64,000 nucleotides of DNA from the NCBI GenBank assembly GCA_951406725.2, contig OX597820.1, positions 50,282,001-50,346,000 on the forward strand, given 5' to 3'. The translations under genes and the position numbers were made by a program. Positions 1-13,081 of the stretch are shown in pieces. Source of the DNA: Octopus vulgaris. Its lineage: Eukaryota. Each line of letters begins with the position of its first letter. The first letter of the stretch is position 1. The notes under the pieces are model-generated. The model saw nothing but the letters and a program-made list of their open reading frames with translations, was not told the DNA's origin and searched no databases.

Positions 1-593
<593 letters not shown>

Positions 594-667
594 CACACAC
601 ATACATCTATATATGTGTATATATGTATGAATATATGCATATATATATATATATATATAGATGTAAA

Positions 668-885
668 TGTGTGTGTCTTTGTGTTAGTGTTTGTCCACCA
701 CCGTCGCTTGACAACTGGTGATGGGATGTTTGCATCCCCGTAAACTAAAGGTTCCACAAAAGGGAAAGATACAGTAGTTGGCAAGCTTAAAAGTACTGGA
801 GTCGATCCGTTCGTCGAAAAATTCTTGAACGTGGTGCCCCATCATTGCCTGAGTATAATGACTGAAACAAGTTTAAGAAAAAAAA
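668..885 (+). mobile_element. SINE family B, 3' half, diverged
   Basis: gtgtttgtcc..cgcttgacaac..ccccgtaa..gactgaaacaagt matches the copies at 49658-50048 and 54731-55138. Confidence 0.75.
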
Positions 886-889
886 GATA

Positions 890-1690
890 TACGAGATGTA
901 TTAGAAAAGTACCCGATTTTATTTTTTCTTGCCAAAAGTAATGCCACGCGGCTATAATCCTTCGGGTGGAAGGTGACGCCTCACTTCCGGCAATGGAAAA
1001 AACCAAATTTACGCCCGTAGGCCGCGTCACAGTTCCAAGCTGTTAGATCTAGAGTAAAGATGGCGAAGTGTGTTCTTGACAGATTTTCGTTTTCATGCAT
1101 GATGGTCGAACGCATCGAGTAGGAAAAATAAACCCATGTCTCATCACCAGTGATGTTTGTCTCCATAAAGTCTGTGTCATGGTTTGCAGCATATCCAGTG
1201 TGATCTCCATGCAGAGTTACTTCTGCTGTCCGCGAACACCTTGGGAACGAATTTCATCGACACCCTCTGCACGAACACATCACCTTTTAAAATGGAATGC
1301 ACCGATTCAAGCTTGTTTCCACCTCGTATGATTGTTACACGTCCTCCCCGATTGTTACACGACGGTCTTCCATGACTATTCGCTGAACCTTTTCAAACGG
1401 CTCCTCATTTCGGCTTATGGATAGCCTGCTTGAGCGTGCTTCGCTCTCCACAGAGGTGTGTCCATGTTCGAAGGGGTTGTACCACTCCTTTATCTGTGTT
1501 TTGCACATGGTGTAATCGGCAAAGGCCGACTAAATCTCCTGGATTGTATAAACTTGAGTATCATCAAGCTTTTGACAAAGAATTGATGCAATATATCTGC
1601 TCGATGCGTTCAGTAAAAATGAAAATCCGACGCAGCACTTTGAACGGACCTATATTTTACCATAAGTTTTTTCCTAATAGAACGTCTTAG
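890..1690 (-). mobile_element. Internally deleted mariner (DD34D) transposon fossil
   Basis: Minus-strand pieces: ERIEQIYCIN, GHTSVESEARSSR, EKVQRIVMEDRRVTIGE, RVSMKFVPKV (WVPR-like) and ITGDETWVY, then a degenerate YSPDLAP-like stretch. TA+CGAG TIR at 890; degenerate partner TIR near 1665-1690. Confidence 0.85.
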
Positions 1691-1914
1691 AATTTTTCCA
1701 GGGTGAACTCATTATCACATGCTACATCTTGAAATTACAATGAAGTTATTATTTAAGTGCTTAACCTGCGAGAAATAATAACCAAAATTTCTCTTAAAAC
1801 CTGAAAGTCATGTTGTGTAATATAGTAGCTGAAACGCTACATATGAACAGTAAAAGGAAGGATGCATTGTTTAGTTAGTAACTTTTAATTACGTTATTCT
1901 TACATTTGAAAACA

Positions 1915-2130
1915 ATGGTTTCAAATTCTGGTACAAGGCCAGCAAATACGGGAGATGGGGCAAGTCCACCGTCTCAGCCCCAATGTTCAAATGGTTATTA
2001 TTTGATCAGACCGTAAACATAAATGGCAAAGTCGACCCCAACGGAATCTGAACGCAAAAAGTAGAGAAGAACTAAATGCTTCTAAGCATTTAACTCAGCG
2101 CGGTGATGATTCTGACATCTCGCCCCCTTA
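1915..2130 (-). mobile_element. SINE family A, old diverged copy
   Basis: ggcaaagtcgac..ggaatctgaac, homologous to the arrays at 13082-14830. Confidence 0.7.
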
Positions 2131-3644
2131 ATGTTAGTTTTTGATGTTATCGAGCAAGGCCGACTTTGAGGTTAATCAACAATACATATCTAAAGAAAGG
2201 TGGGTTCTCTGAAACGATATATGATATAAGTATAATCATGATTTTTGAAAGTAACATATTGTCAATTCTGTTCTCAGCTCTCATCTATACACTTCCGGTT
2301 GATTCCACTCTACTGAAAATTAACTATCAGAGTGTTTCAAATCGGAATTACGTAGAATGTAATATTTGGCTTGGCATTCCTCTCAATGAACCGTTTGTAT
2401 TCAGATAATCGAAGAAAATCCGACTCGTAGTTTCTCCACACAGTCAACATGATTTTCGGTTCTTATCAGCGATTGTAGCACTTTTTAGACTTAGGAGAAA
2501 AAGAGTGACATCACTCTATGTGCTGAGCATATGTTTCTAAATCATAAAGATAAGCTCACATGTCATTGTCTGTCGTAAGAAAGAGACAAAAAAGGATGCC
2601 TTTATTCATTCCAATGATTCGGACAGAGCAGAAACCACTGCAACACATATCCCCTTGAAAAGGGGGGCCAAAGGCAGGGAAGGGGGAATTTTGAAAATTT
2701 TAATGCATTGTAACCACAGTCCAGTTGTGTATCAAGTAATGGATTGTGACTTGTTTGTTCGCACGGATCAATTCTTTCACTCGCTGACGATTCATGTGAG
2801 TGGTCGCACTGGTTATTATCCGACTCCGTAGAATGTCTCCAAATCTGGTTTCCTTTTTTTAAAACTTTTCATTCATGCTTGCACAATGGTATCATCTGAG
2901 AATGCCTAAAAACCCGTGCCGCTGCTTCGAAAAGAACTACATGACAACACGTTGCTATCGGTTGGAATACACTATTTTCCAACTTTGAAGAAGAAGGGAA
3001 AGACGAGATAGTACAATATAAGAATTACTATACCCGTAGGAGCAAATTTAATGTTGTATGTCAGTTAGTAAGAACCTATGTGCAATTTCATTATACATTC
3101 GGTAAAAATGTTTTACACAGGCTTTGATATATTCATGCACTATGACATACATCATATTAATATTACTGAATGTATGGACATCACAACTATTATCTAAAAT
3201 AAATGCTATATATGCTCAATATAAGCAAGCATTGTTAATAGTAAAGTACCGGAAGAGAGGATTTGCGGTATTTAATTAAATATTCTCTTACAGCTCCCCT
3301 CAGGAAATGTTTGACTCTCATTATTTGTCAAGGAATATAATTTATATCACTCCTGTACGTTTGTAATCAAGTAAAGCACTGCGGTAGATATATAGGGCTC
3401 TTTCGTTCTACAATTTGATGGCCTATTGTAAGAAATATTATCAGATTATTATCTGCAAGTATAGGTAAAGTGCTGAACTAAATCTTTGTAAATACTCTCT
3501 TTATTTACTCAGCTTAAATTCAGTGGACGTAGTACAGTGGAAAAAGATGGGAGTGAAATAAATGTAACTGGATTTGAATTTGAAATGAGATGCTTTCAAA
3601 TTGCCAGTTTAATATAATACACCATTTACTACGTAACTCTTCGA

Positions 3645-4447
3645 GGCGGTGATCTGGTAGACTCGTTGCCGCACCTGATAAAATGCTTAGCAGCATTTCG
3701 TCCGTCTTTACGTTTTGAATTCAAAGTGCACCGAAGCCTTTCAAGTGCACTTGCCTTTCAACCTTTCGCTGATCGATAACAAAAGTACCACTGGGTCGAT
3801 GTAATCGACTTACCCATACTCCCCAAATTACTGACCTTGTGCCAAAATTTGAAATTTGAAACTTATTCTTTTTTTAATATTAGAAACTATTATCAGAAAC
3901 GTAAGCACACCGGGCAAAATGCTTAGCGGTGTTTCGTCCGCCGTTACGTTCTGAGTTCAAATTCCAGCGAGGTCGACTTTGCCTTTCATCCTTTCAGGGT
4001 CGATAAGTAAAGTACCAGTTACGCACTGGAGTCAATGTAATCGACTTAATCCATTTGTCTGTCCTTGTTTGTCCCCTCTATGATTAGCCCCTTGTGGGCA
4101 GTAAAGAAATAGGTATTTCCTCTGTCTTTATGTTCTGAGTTCAAATTCCGCTGAAGTCGACTTTGCCTTTCATCCTTTCGGGGTCAATTAAATAAGTACC
4201 ATTTACGCACTGGGATCGATATAATCGACTTAATCCGTTTGTCTGTCTTTGTTTGTCCACTCTGTGTTTAGCCCCTTGTGGGTAGTAAAGAAATAGTTAT
4301 TTCGTCTGTCTTTACGTTCTGAGTTCAAATTCCGCCGAGGTCGACATTGCACTTCATCCTTTTAGGGTCGATTAATTAAGTACTAGTTGCATACTGGAGT
4401 CCCTCCCCCAAATTTTTGGGCCTTGTGCCTAGAGTAAAAAAGAATAT
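3645..4447 (+). mobile_element. SINE family A: single copy (3645-3855) plus 3-unit nested array (3895-4447)
   Basis: tRNA-like head with B box GAGTTCAAATTCC and core gtcgactttgcctttcatcctttcggggtcga. Junctions aagaaatag|(g/t)tatttc at 4113 and 4297 give a 184-bp period. Confidence 0.9.
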
Positions 4448-5270
4448 TAGAAACCATTTTACATATTTGATGGGTTACAGGGTTCTGCTGGTCTTTTAAA
4501 TTCCTGATTTGAATAAATTTGTAAAACTTAAACATCTGAGTCCCCTTCTCTCCACAATCACGACGAAGTCTCAAAGTCGGAAACTTCACTATGATTTTTC
4601 TTACACAAATATGTAGGAGCCAGTTATGTGCCTTCCTCTAAGATCTTTTAATTGGGTTGGATTGTAACACAGTAAAGGATGAAAAAAATATTTCTAACAA
4701 AATCTTTAATTCAACATTAGCATTTATCTCGACAAGAGCTTGACAAGAAACAGAAGCAAATATTTTACTATCTTACACCTGGTACCACATTGTATAGAAC
4801 GAAGCAGACATGTTTATAATTCAGATGTAAAGGAGATATTAACTTCGTTAGAAATCTCAAGTTTAAAGGAAACATGGCGCCTGATAGTTATCGCTTGTAT
4901 TAATCCATCTTTTGAAATTTGGATTTAAATTTTAGACTCATTCACAGTCAAAAGTGATAATGTTGTTGATAATTCTATCACTAATATCCTAGAACCGAAT
5001 TAAACGTGTCTGACTAATTCTACAGAAGTATCCCCGCTGGTGACGATGTAATCCCTAAGGAGACTCAGTGGAAATCTAAAATATTCTTATCGAAATAAAG
5101 TTACTTCATTACTATTTATTTTTCTTTACTTTCTATCACTCTTTCTGTGATTCCTCACTCTACATATTTATGAGTTGAAGCTACACAAAAAAAAAAAGCT
5201 GCAGTTTAGAGGAGAATATTACTTCATATTCCTGGAATAAAAAAATACATTAAAAATATGTTTCAAAAAT

Positions 5271-5655
5271 AGGTTCAGGCATGGCTGAGTGGTTTGCTTC
5301 CTAACCATATGGCTCCTGGTTCAGTCACACAATGTAACACTTCAGTCAAGTGTCTTCTACTAAAGGTTCAAGGCATCCAAAGCGTTGTGAATGAATTAAT
5401 GAATTTATTGGGTAGAAACTGAAAGAAGCTCGTCATATATGTGCGTGTATGTCTTTGTGCTTGTGTTTGTCCACAACCATCGCTTGACATCCCGTATTTG
5501 TGTATTTATGTCCCTGTAACCTAGCGGTTCGGTCAGAGTACCCGATAGAATAAATGCATGGCTAAAAAAATATTTACTGGGGTCGATTCGTTTGACTAAA
5601 CTTTATCAAGTCAATACCTCAACATGACCCCAGTTGAATTCCTGTAACAAATAAA
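5271..5655 (+). mobile_element. SINE family B, full length, diverged
   Basis: tRNA-like head, CORE-like caagtgtcttctact, internal TA/TG tract and 3' gtccctgtaac..ggggtcgatt. Confidence 0.8.
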
Positions 5656-7562
5656 AACAACATATATATTTACACATAACCGTATATACTGGTATATTCT
5701 TTTATTGAATATTACATTATATGTCATTCCTGTTTTAATTATCGACGAAGAAAAGTTTGATCATGCAACTGTGTGAACACTCTGTCGATAGCTGGGTTAA
5801 TAAATACACTAATGAGATTTTAGTCTATAGATCTATCTAATATTGTGTTTTATTGATGTATATGAAATGGTTTTATCAATAGTACATTTATAAATGTAAA
5901 ACAAACAGACATTCTGAAGTGGCAAATATTTTACAATCAGACAAAAGTATCCATCTTGTCACACGCGGCTCCACATACGTATATACGTACATACACACAT
6001 GCATTGGATACACACACACACACTCACACACACACACACACGCACACACACACATATAAACACTCAACTTCATGTATATATCAGTGATTCAAATCCCAAT
6101 AACAACATGAGTTGTCTTGGTTGGTTGTGCTCAGGTAAGTTCTGATCCAGCAAAGTTATGATCAAAGGAAGTTTCAGATTTTGACATAAACATTGTATCT
6201 AGGGAACAATTATTCGACACATTACAAACTGTTTAAAACAGTAAAATTGTATGTGAAACAGATTTGTGCATCATTGCTACCAAGCACATGTATATAAGTA
6301 TATACACACACAGGCACGCGCACACATACGCACACACGCACACACATGTACACACACACACACACAAACACACAGACGCGCACACACACACACACATATA
6401 TATATATGGATAACATTCTTGGAGGTCCACATGATCGTAGCATTTCATAGTTTAGTGATATGTGTGTGCGCGTGTGTATGTGTGCGTGTGTGCGCGTGTG
6501 TATGTATGCATGTGTATGCGTGTGTATGTGTGCGTGTGTGTGTCAGAAATGTACAAATATTGTAAAGAAACACCATAAAATACTGTACTTCATTTCATTT
6601 CTTGAAAGAAATACAAAGACAAAGATATTTTATAATTGGCATTTAAACTAAAATCTCAGACACAAATACAAGCGCACACTAGGAACACCACCTTACACTT
6701 GCCTGTTTGTATATGTATATCTGCATAAATTTATGTGAGGTTACTTTGACTGATACTGTGAAAATTTAAAGTGTCACATCACATCATATTTGGTGGTTGT
6801 GTTGACGCGACAAACTTAGTACCCATACAAGACAAGCCGAAGGAGACACAAGAGACTAGAACAAGCCCTAAAAACAGGACGAACGAAACCATTCAATCAA
6901 AAAATTTCAAAAAGTAACATATATATGTGGGCACATAAATGCACAGCTGATGGATAACTAGAGCACTCTGAGTTTATTTGTGAACGGAAGAAGTAAAACT
7001 TTAAACTCAAATACTTTCATCTCTCTTTGGTCGGAAATGTTAAGAGATGGAGTACTGAGGCATACAATATTTGAATTTGATGTAAATCGGTTGTCGCATG
7101 TTTTTTATAGATTGACTGCACTGTAATCCCAATTTACTATATACAACAACAATTCGATATACAGAAGCCACCTTTGAGATGTTCCTCCGGGTTAGCTGAG
7201 GAGGGACGAAAAGAGCATCTGTTTCTTTGCTACAAAATAGGGATCTTAACAAACGAAAGTGAGGTACAAGCCATGAAGGCATGCATTTTTTAGTCTTAGC
7301 TAGGTCTATATATATATATATAGTATTATCTTTTATCTCTTCCCACCACTACACACACAATAACACTATAAAAATAGTCAAATTTTCCCCAAGTACTTAG
7401 TTCAATTTGAAAACTCCACTAGAATGGACGAAAGCGCTAATATGATATATGACGTATAAAATCATGTAATATACAAATAAATATCTGTAAATATAAAACC
7501 ATCCGAATTTCTGAGTACCTCATTTCTTCTAATATAAAATACCTGTACATCATCTCCAAACC

Positions 7563-7657
<95 letters not shown>

Positions 7658-8548
7658 AGTAAATACATATATACATGTATATATGTATATGTAAATACTT
7701 ATTCACCCTATGTATTAGTATATGCGTGCTCGTTTGTGTATGCGTGTGTTAATGGTCGTGGTATATATTAGTATATATTAGTAGAAAAATATCAATTTCA
7801 AGCTGAAAGCAGCTACAAATGATTTCGACGTTTTATTCATCAAGGTGTCTTCCGTGTAATAGTATATACTTGAATTTTTTGTATTTTGTGTTTTCGCTGC
7901 AGTCATTTACAAAATTGATGATGATAGCTACTTCCTTGTATGCAGTACTGAAATGGCGAGCAATTCTTCGCACTCTTTCATGTTTTCTTCAAAGACATTT
8001 TGAAACTCTAAAGTGGGTGGAAGCACCAATGCATACATGAAACACTCTGTCTATTCTTTGCATAAACCATCTCTTGAAGTTTAAGTATGAATCAGTCCAG
8101 GTAATTCGGACGGTATTACTCAACATAGAAGCATGTTTCTGCTGCAAGTTCTTTACTGGAGAGGAGCTGTGGTGAATCTGTCTCGGAGAATGTGATTCAA
8201 CCTTGTACAATAAAACCAAGTCGGAAACATTGTTTGCAGATTTTGGCTTGAAGGACAAAGACTTGAGATAAAGATTTTTGTAATCTGCAAAAATATCTGG
8301 ACCCATGAATAATGACAGTAATTATGTGACTTAGGAGATCTGGAAGAACAGCACTATAAACTTATCCTAAAGAACCGTACATGACGTTTTGTGTCTACTT
8401 CTTGGCTCCACATTTGTCACATATTTTTGGATGTGGAACGAACTGGAACTACTTATTCAGAAGCATTATTCTGAAGGGATTTTTACTGAATGTACTCCAC
8501 TTTCACACACACACACGCACGCACGCACACACACACACACACGCAAAA

Positions 8549-8593
<45 letters not shown>

Positions 8594-8891
8594 ACATTAA
8601 GTGAGCACGATTAAAAGCCACTCTGGCATGAAAGAAAATCCAGTGAAAAGGAATATAAAAATCCATTCAATATTCCACAACAGTCCATATAAAATATATC
8701 TAGCTATAAGCGGACAGGAAGGGAAATAGATTGGGTTGGTATTTCACTATTCATTGTACTAAAACTCCAGGTATAATTCGGAAAATATAAAATATAAAAA
8801 TAGTTCATAGTCTTCTTCGAAGTTGGAAGAGTTATAAATCTTTGTTAATACACACACATATAAGCATGCACACGTATAAACACCCCACCCC

Positions 8892-8949
<58 letters not shown>

Positions 8950-9011
8950 TACAAACACATATATGTGTGTATACGTGCGTGCGTGTGTGTATGTGTGTGT
9001 TCGTCAGTGAG

Positions 9012-9093
<82 letters not shown>

Positions 9094-9619
9094 GAATATA
9101 ACATATAATATGTGTATGTGTGTGTATGTGTGTAAGTGCGTGTGTGTGTATGTGTATGTGTGTGTGTACATAAACAATTCTGTATAGAAAATAGTGCTGG
9201 ATAGCTTGTGAATTTCGTAAAGCAATATTTTTATTCTAGCAAGTAGGTCATAGACTTATTCTGAAAGCAGACAGGAAGAAATATTAAGAATCTCCGAATT
9301 AAATCAAAGTGATGGTAAAATGTCTAGCAGAAATATAATCTTAAATTGTCTACTTTATCTTGCTGGAGAAATACTTTTTTTTTGTTTTTGCTAGTTTGTC
9401 GTTTAACTTAGAAGACTAAATTTTAAAATCGATACATAACTGCACCCCAACTCCACATGCTAACACACACACATAGATATATGAATATGCAGGTGTACAC
9501 ACACACACGCACACACACACACATACACATGCACTTACATAATGTTTGTTTGTGTAAGTACATGTATTTAGCCATGTATGTATCAAACCTAATGTATACA
9601 CACAGTTGACAGTCAAATT

Positions 9620-10560
9620 ACTGTGGTTCTTGTCCGATATAACAACTCTTATGAGCGTGTTGTGTTTATAATATATATACTGGAGAGATACGCAAAGTTC
9701 TTTTGACAGCGGCTAGCGAATTCGTCAGATGAATTTCAGCCACGGTGGCTCTTGCTAATCACGTATATTCACTGCCAGCCACATGTATACAATATTCGTT
9801 CGTATGGGGAATAAGCAATTTAATCAATGTATAGTCTCTATTAGGCGCATGGCTCAGTGGTTAGAGCGTCGAACTTACGATCGTGAGGTTGTGAGCTCGA
9901 ATCCCGGGCTGCGTGTTGTGTTCTTGAGCAAGACACTTTATTTCACGTTGCTCCAGTTCACTCAGCTGTAGAAATATGTTGCGACGTCACAGGTACCAAG
10001 CTGTATCGACCTTTGTCTTTCCCTTGGATAACACTGGTGGCGTGGAGAGGGGAGGCTGGTATGCATGGGCGACTGCTGGTCTTCCATAAACAGCCTTGCC
10101 CGGACTTGTGCCTGGGAGGGTAACTTTCTTGGTGCAATCCCAAGGTCTGTGTCGTGACCGAAGGGGGTCTCAGTCTCTATTAGAGTGTTTTAGATTTTTA
10201 GAGACCTATTTCTTGCACTGATTCGATGTATACCTGGAATTGTAATTTATCCTTGGTTAATCATTGTAGGTTTTCGTATGTCATTGGTCATTATGATACT
10301 ATGTTCATGGTCTGTAAATTCCAAGATCCCAGGCTTAGTGCTGCTACATGTTTCGTGCGCCTGTTACGCCTGGTACATTATATGCCATTCGTAATACGGG
10401 TTACATGTATCCGTCAGTCTAATACACCCAGTGAGTTTCGGGGATTGTGGTGGATCAGCACCTAATTAATTGCGTTTTGGTCAGCTCTAAGTGGGTGGGA
10501 GCTGTCTAATGAGAAACGATGGGTCCTACCCCGATGAAAGTGGAGGCCATCCTGTTTGTC
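9620..10560 (-). mobile_element. RTE-clade LINE 5' region (APE endonuclease start), highly decayed and interrupted by a SINE
   Basis: Minus strand gives LSLGSWNLQTM (GTWNVRT motif), VYIESVQEIGL (DIAALQETRL motif), then YT.. and RIR*PLSK on the far side of the SINE. Confidence 0.55.
9845..10171 (+). mobile_element. tRNA-derived CORE-like SINE (family C) with 12-bp TSD
   Basis: A box TGGCTCAGTGG, B-box-like GCTCGAATCC, CORE-like ttcttgagcaagacactt. TSD agtctctattag at 9833-9844 and 10172-10183. Confidence 0.9.
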
Positions 10561-10759
10561 TCATATATATATATAATTTTTTACCTACGTCTTTGTGCTA
10601 TTTATCAATATATCTATCTTTCTATGACTGTATCACTTTATCGACCACGGTATAAGATGTTACTATACACCACTGACCACAATGCGTTTGCACGCATTGC
10701 TGTAGCTTTCAAACGATTCCTTCTTGCTGGTGAGGTGCCAGGTGAACATTCCTGCTGAA

Positions 10760-10880
10760 CGGAACGCCAGTCCACCACAGTGTTGCCCATCTACAGTTAA
10801 AATTTAGGGTTTTGCTCAAGAGCACCCTATGATATCGTGATGGTGAGTGCCACACCCTAAGCACTTGGACATACGCACAT
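10760..10880 (-). mobile_element. Degenerate tRNA/CORE-like SINE fragment
   Basis: Reverse complement contains ttagggtgtgg..ctcttgagcaaaaccctaa..ggactggcgttcc. Confidence 0.5.
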
Positions 10881-11079
10881 AACCACATACACAAAAAATA
10901 CACTCAGACACAAACTCTCTCACACACACATATACTGTAATACACAATCATATATACACATACCGGCTAAATTTTGATTATTGAAGCTTTATTGATAAAT
11001 ATATTCAATATTGGTTGGTTCTTTTCAGGTCAGTTTACTCAAGAAATGGATCATTTTCTGACGTGGTTAAGAAGTGAAC

Positions 11080-11122
<43 letters not shown>

Positions 11123-12834
11123 GATGTGATAACTTTCTTTGAATAGATACAAAAAGAAGTTATTTCGCTAGAAGCACCTGCTCATCCACTTCTTTTTTAT
11201 CTTCAAAGGGACGAATATCATGCAAATCAATGATAAGTAAAACACAAAATAGATCTATTCTTGATCACATCTTCCTATCTTTTGCTATAGAAGAGTACAC
11301 AATGCCTAATGGTTCATTTCTTTTGAATGCGTTTATGTTTGATTTAATTAGGTTGCTTGTGAGTGGTATTTCTAACATACATCCCGGTACAGTCTATTAT
11401 AGGATCAATTCGGTGTCAATACCGGTGTCAATACCGGTATGTCAGTATTGGACATCTCTGGAATGAAAAACAAAACCTGTCAAAGTCAAGAGATGTAACC
11501 GCCGTACGGTATCTTGTGAGTATCCATGCGTATATTGCATAGAAAATTTCAACGGAGAGATGCGTTATTTAGCAATATCTCTGAATCTTGCGCTCTTTAG
11601 ATTAATGTCGTGTTGACCGTCTCTCAACAGGCCAAGGAAATCAAAGAGCAAGTGTAGCTGGTTTACCATCTCATGCACCCATCACTATAAATGAAGGTTC
11701 ATGCAAATGACTCAAACCTCTTCGAACCACATACAGAAGTGGATTTTCCAATCTGGAGGTTGCATGCATGTCGGCACATATGAAATTGCATCTTCCATAG
11801 TTACATCGCAAGAACTATGTAGAATAGTACGGGGCAATCATGAATTGATCGCCAGCACGCTTGCATCCTCTGTTATCGCAGTCAGTTAATGGTGTTATCG
11901 TGATCAATTTCAAATACGAAAGGCAAAGACAACCATCGATTTGAAGAGCATATTTCTGCGCTGTCGTCAAGAACATGTTATTATTGTTAAACTCCAAAAG
12001 TTTGATTTCAGCTTAACTAAGATTACATTCGTCCCTGCCATATTAAAAATGAATGGCCTACATTATTTAATTTATCTTTGTTTATAGTGTAAATTGTTAG
12101 ACTTCGTTTGTGCATTGAATGTTACATATAAATACTCCTTGTCGGTCGGAATGTCTAACATTATAAAATTTATGCAACTTTCTCATATATCAGTAACATC
12201 TAGCATTAGTTTCTATCCGAATAGTAATTAGCAGTTTATGTTAGGTCTAGAAATAAAAATTCGATTAGCACGTCCTATGTTACGTGCATGAGGCCACTTT
12301 TACGAAAAAATTCGATAAATTTGTTATTTGTCAAAGATTATATTATTTACCAAAGATTATAAAAGTCGCATTTGTCTGCTAAAACTGATGGATTATATTT
12401 CTCATTACGACAAAATGTTTGCGACTGACAACATTGTTTTTCTCTCTAAGTATTGAATATTTGACAGAGAATTTTGAAACAGTCAGTGAATGACAAATGT
12501 TTATTTTCTTTCTTACTTTTTAAAACAGTACTTAGCTGTCTGTTAATCAATTTTTCAATCACTCAATCAATATTCCTATACGTACATAATTACTCGCATA
12601 CATATATACAGATAGATATACATAAATAGATACAACACACAGACACGAACGCATATATATATATATATATATACACTTTCGACTTTCGTCACTTTTTCTC
12701 TCGTCTCTCTGTATACAACCAGCCATACACGAGTCCCTCCTTTTATCTGATGTATATGTATTGAAATGTATTTCTCTCTCTCTCACCGTCTCTCTCTCTC
12801 TCTGTATATACAGACACCAGTTCATTGCAGCGTT

Positions 12835-12957
12835 ACTCAAGAAACAGGAAGAAAGAGTGCCACCATCCCCCTGCCTGAGCCCCGTGGAGCTTTAAGGTGT
12901 TTTCGCTCAATAAGCACACACAGCACCCGGTCTGGGAATTGAAACCGCGATCCTCCA
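12835..12957 (-). mobile_element. Fragment of SINE family D
   Basis: Homologous to 41919-42220 (tgtgtgtg.ttattgagcgaaaacacct.aagctccacg). Confidence 0.7.
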
Positions 12958-13081
12958 TTTTGATATATATATATATATATATATACTTAGCTATAAATAT
13001 ACATATATAAGAAGGCGTAGGAAAATATATTTGAGGCATAAATGCAACGCATGCATCACAAGCCTGTGATATTCTTTTTCT

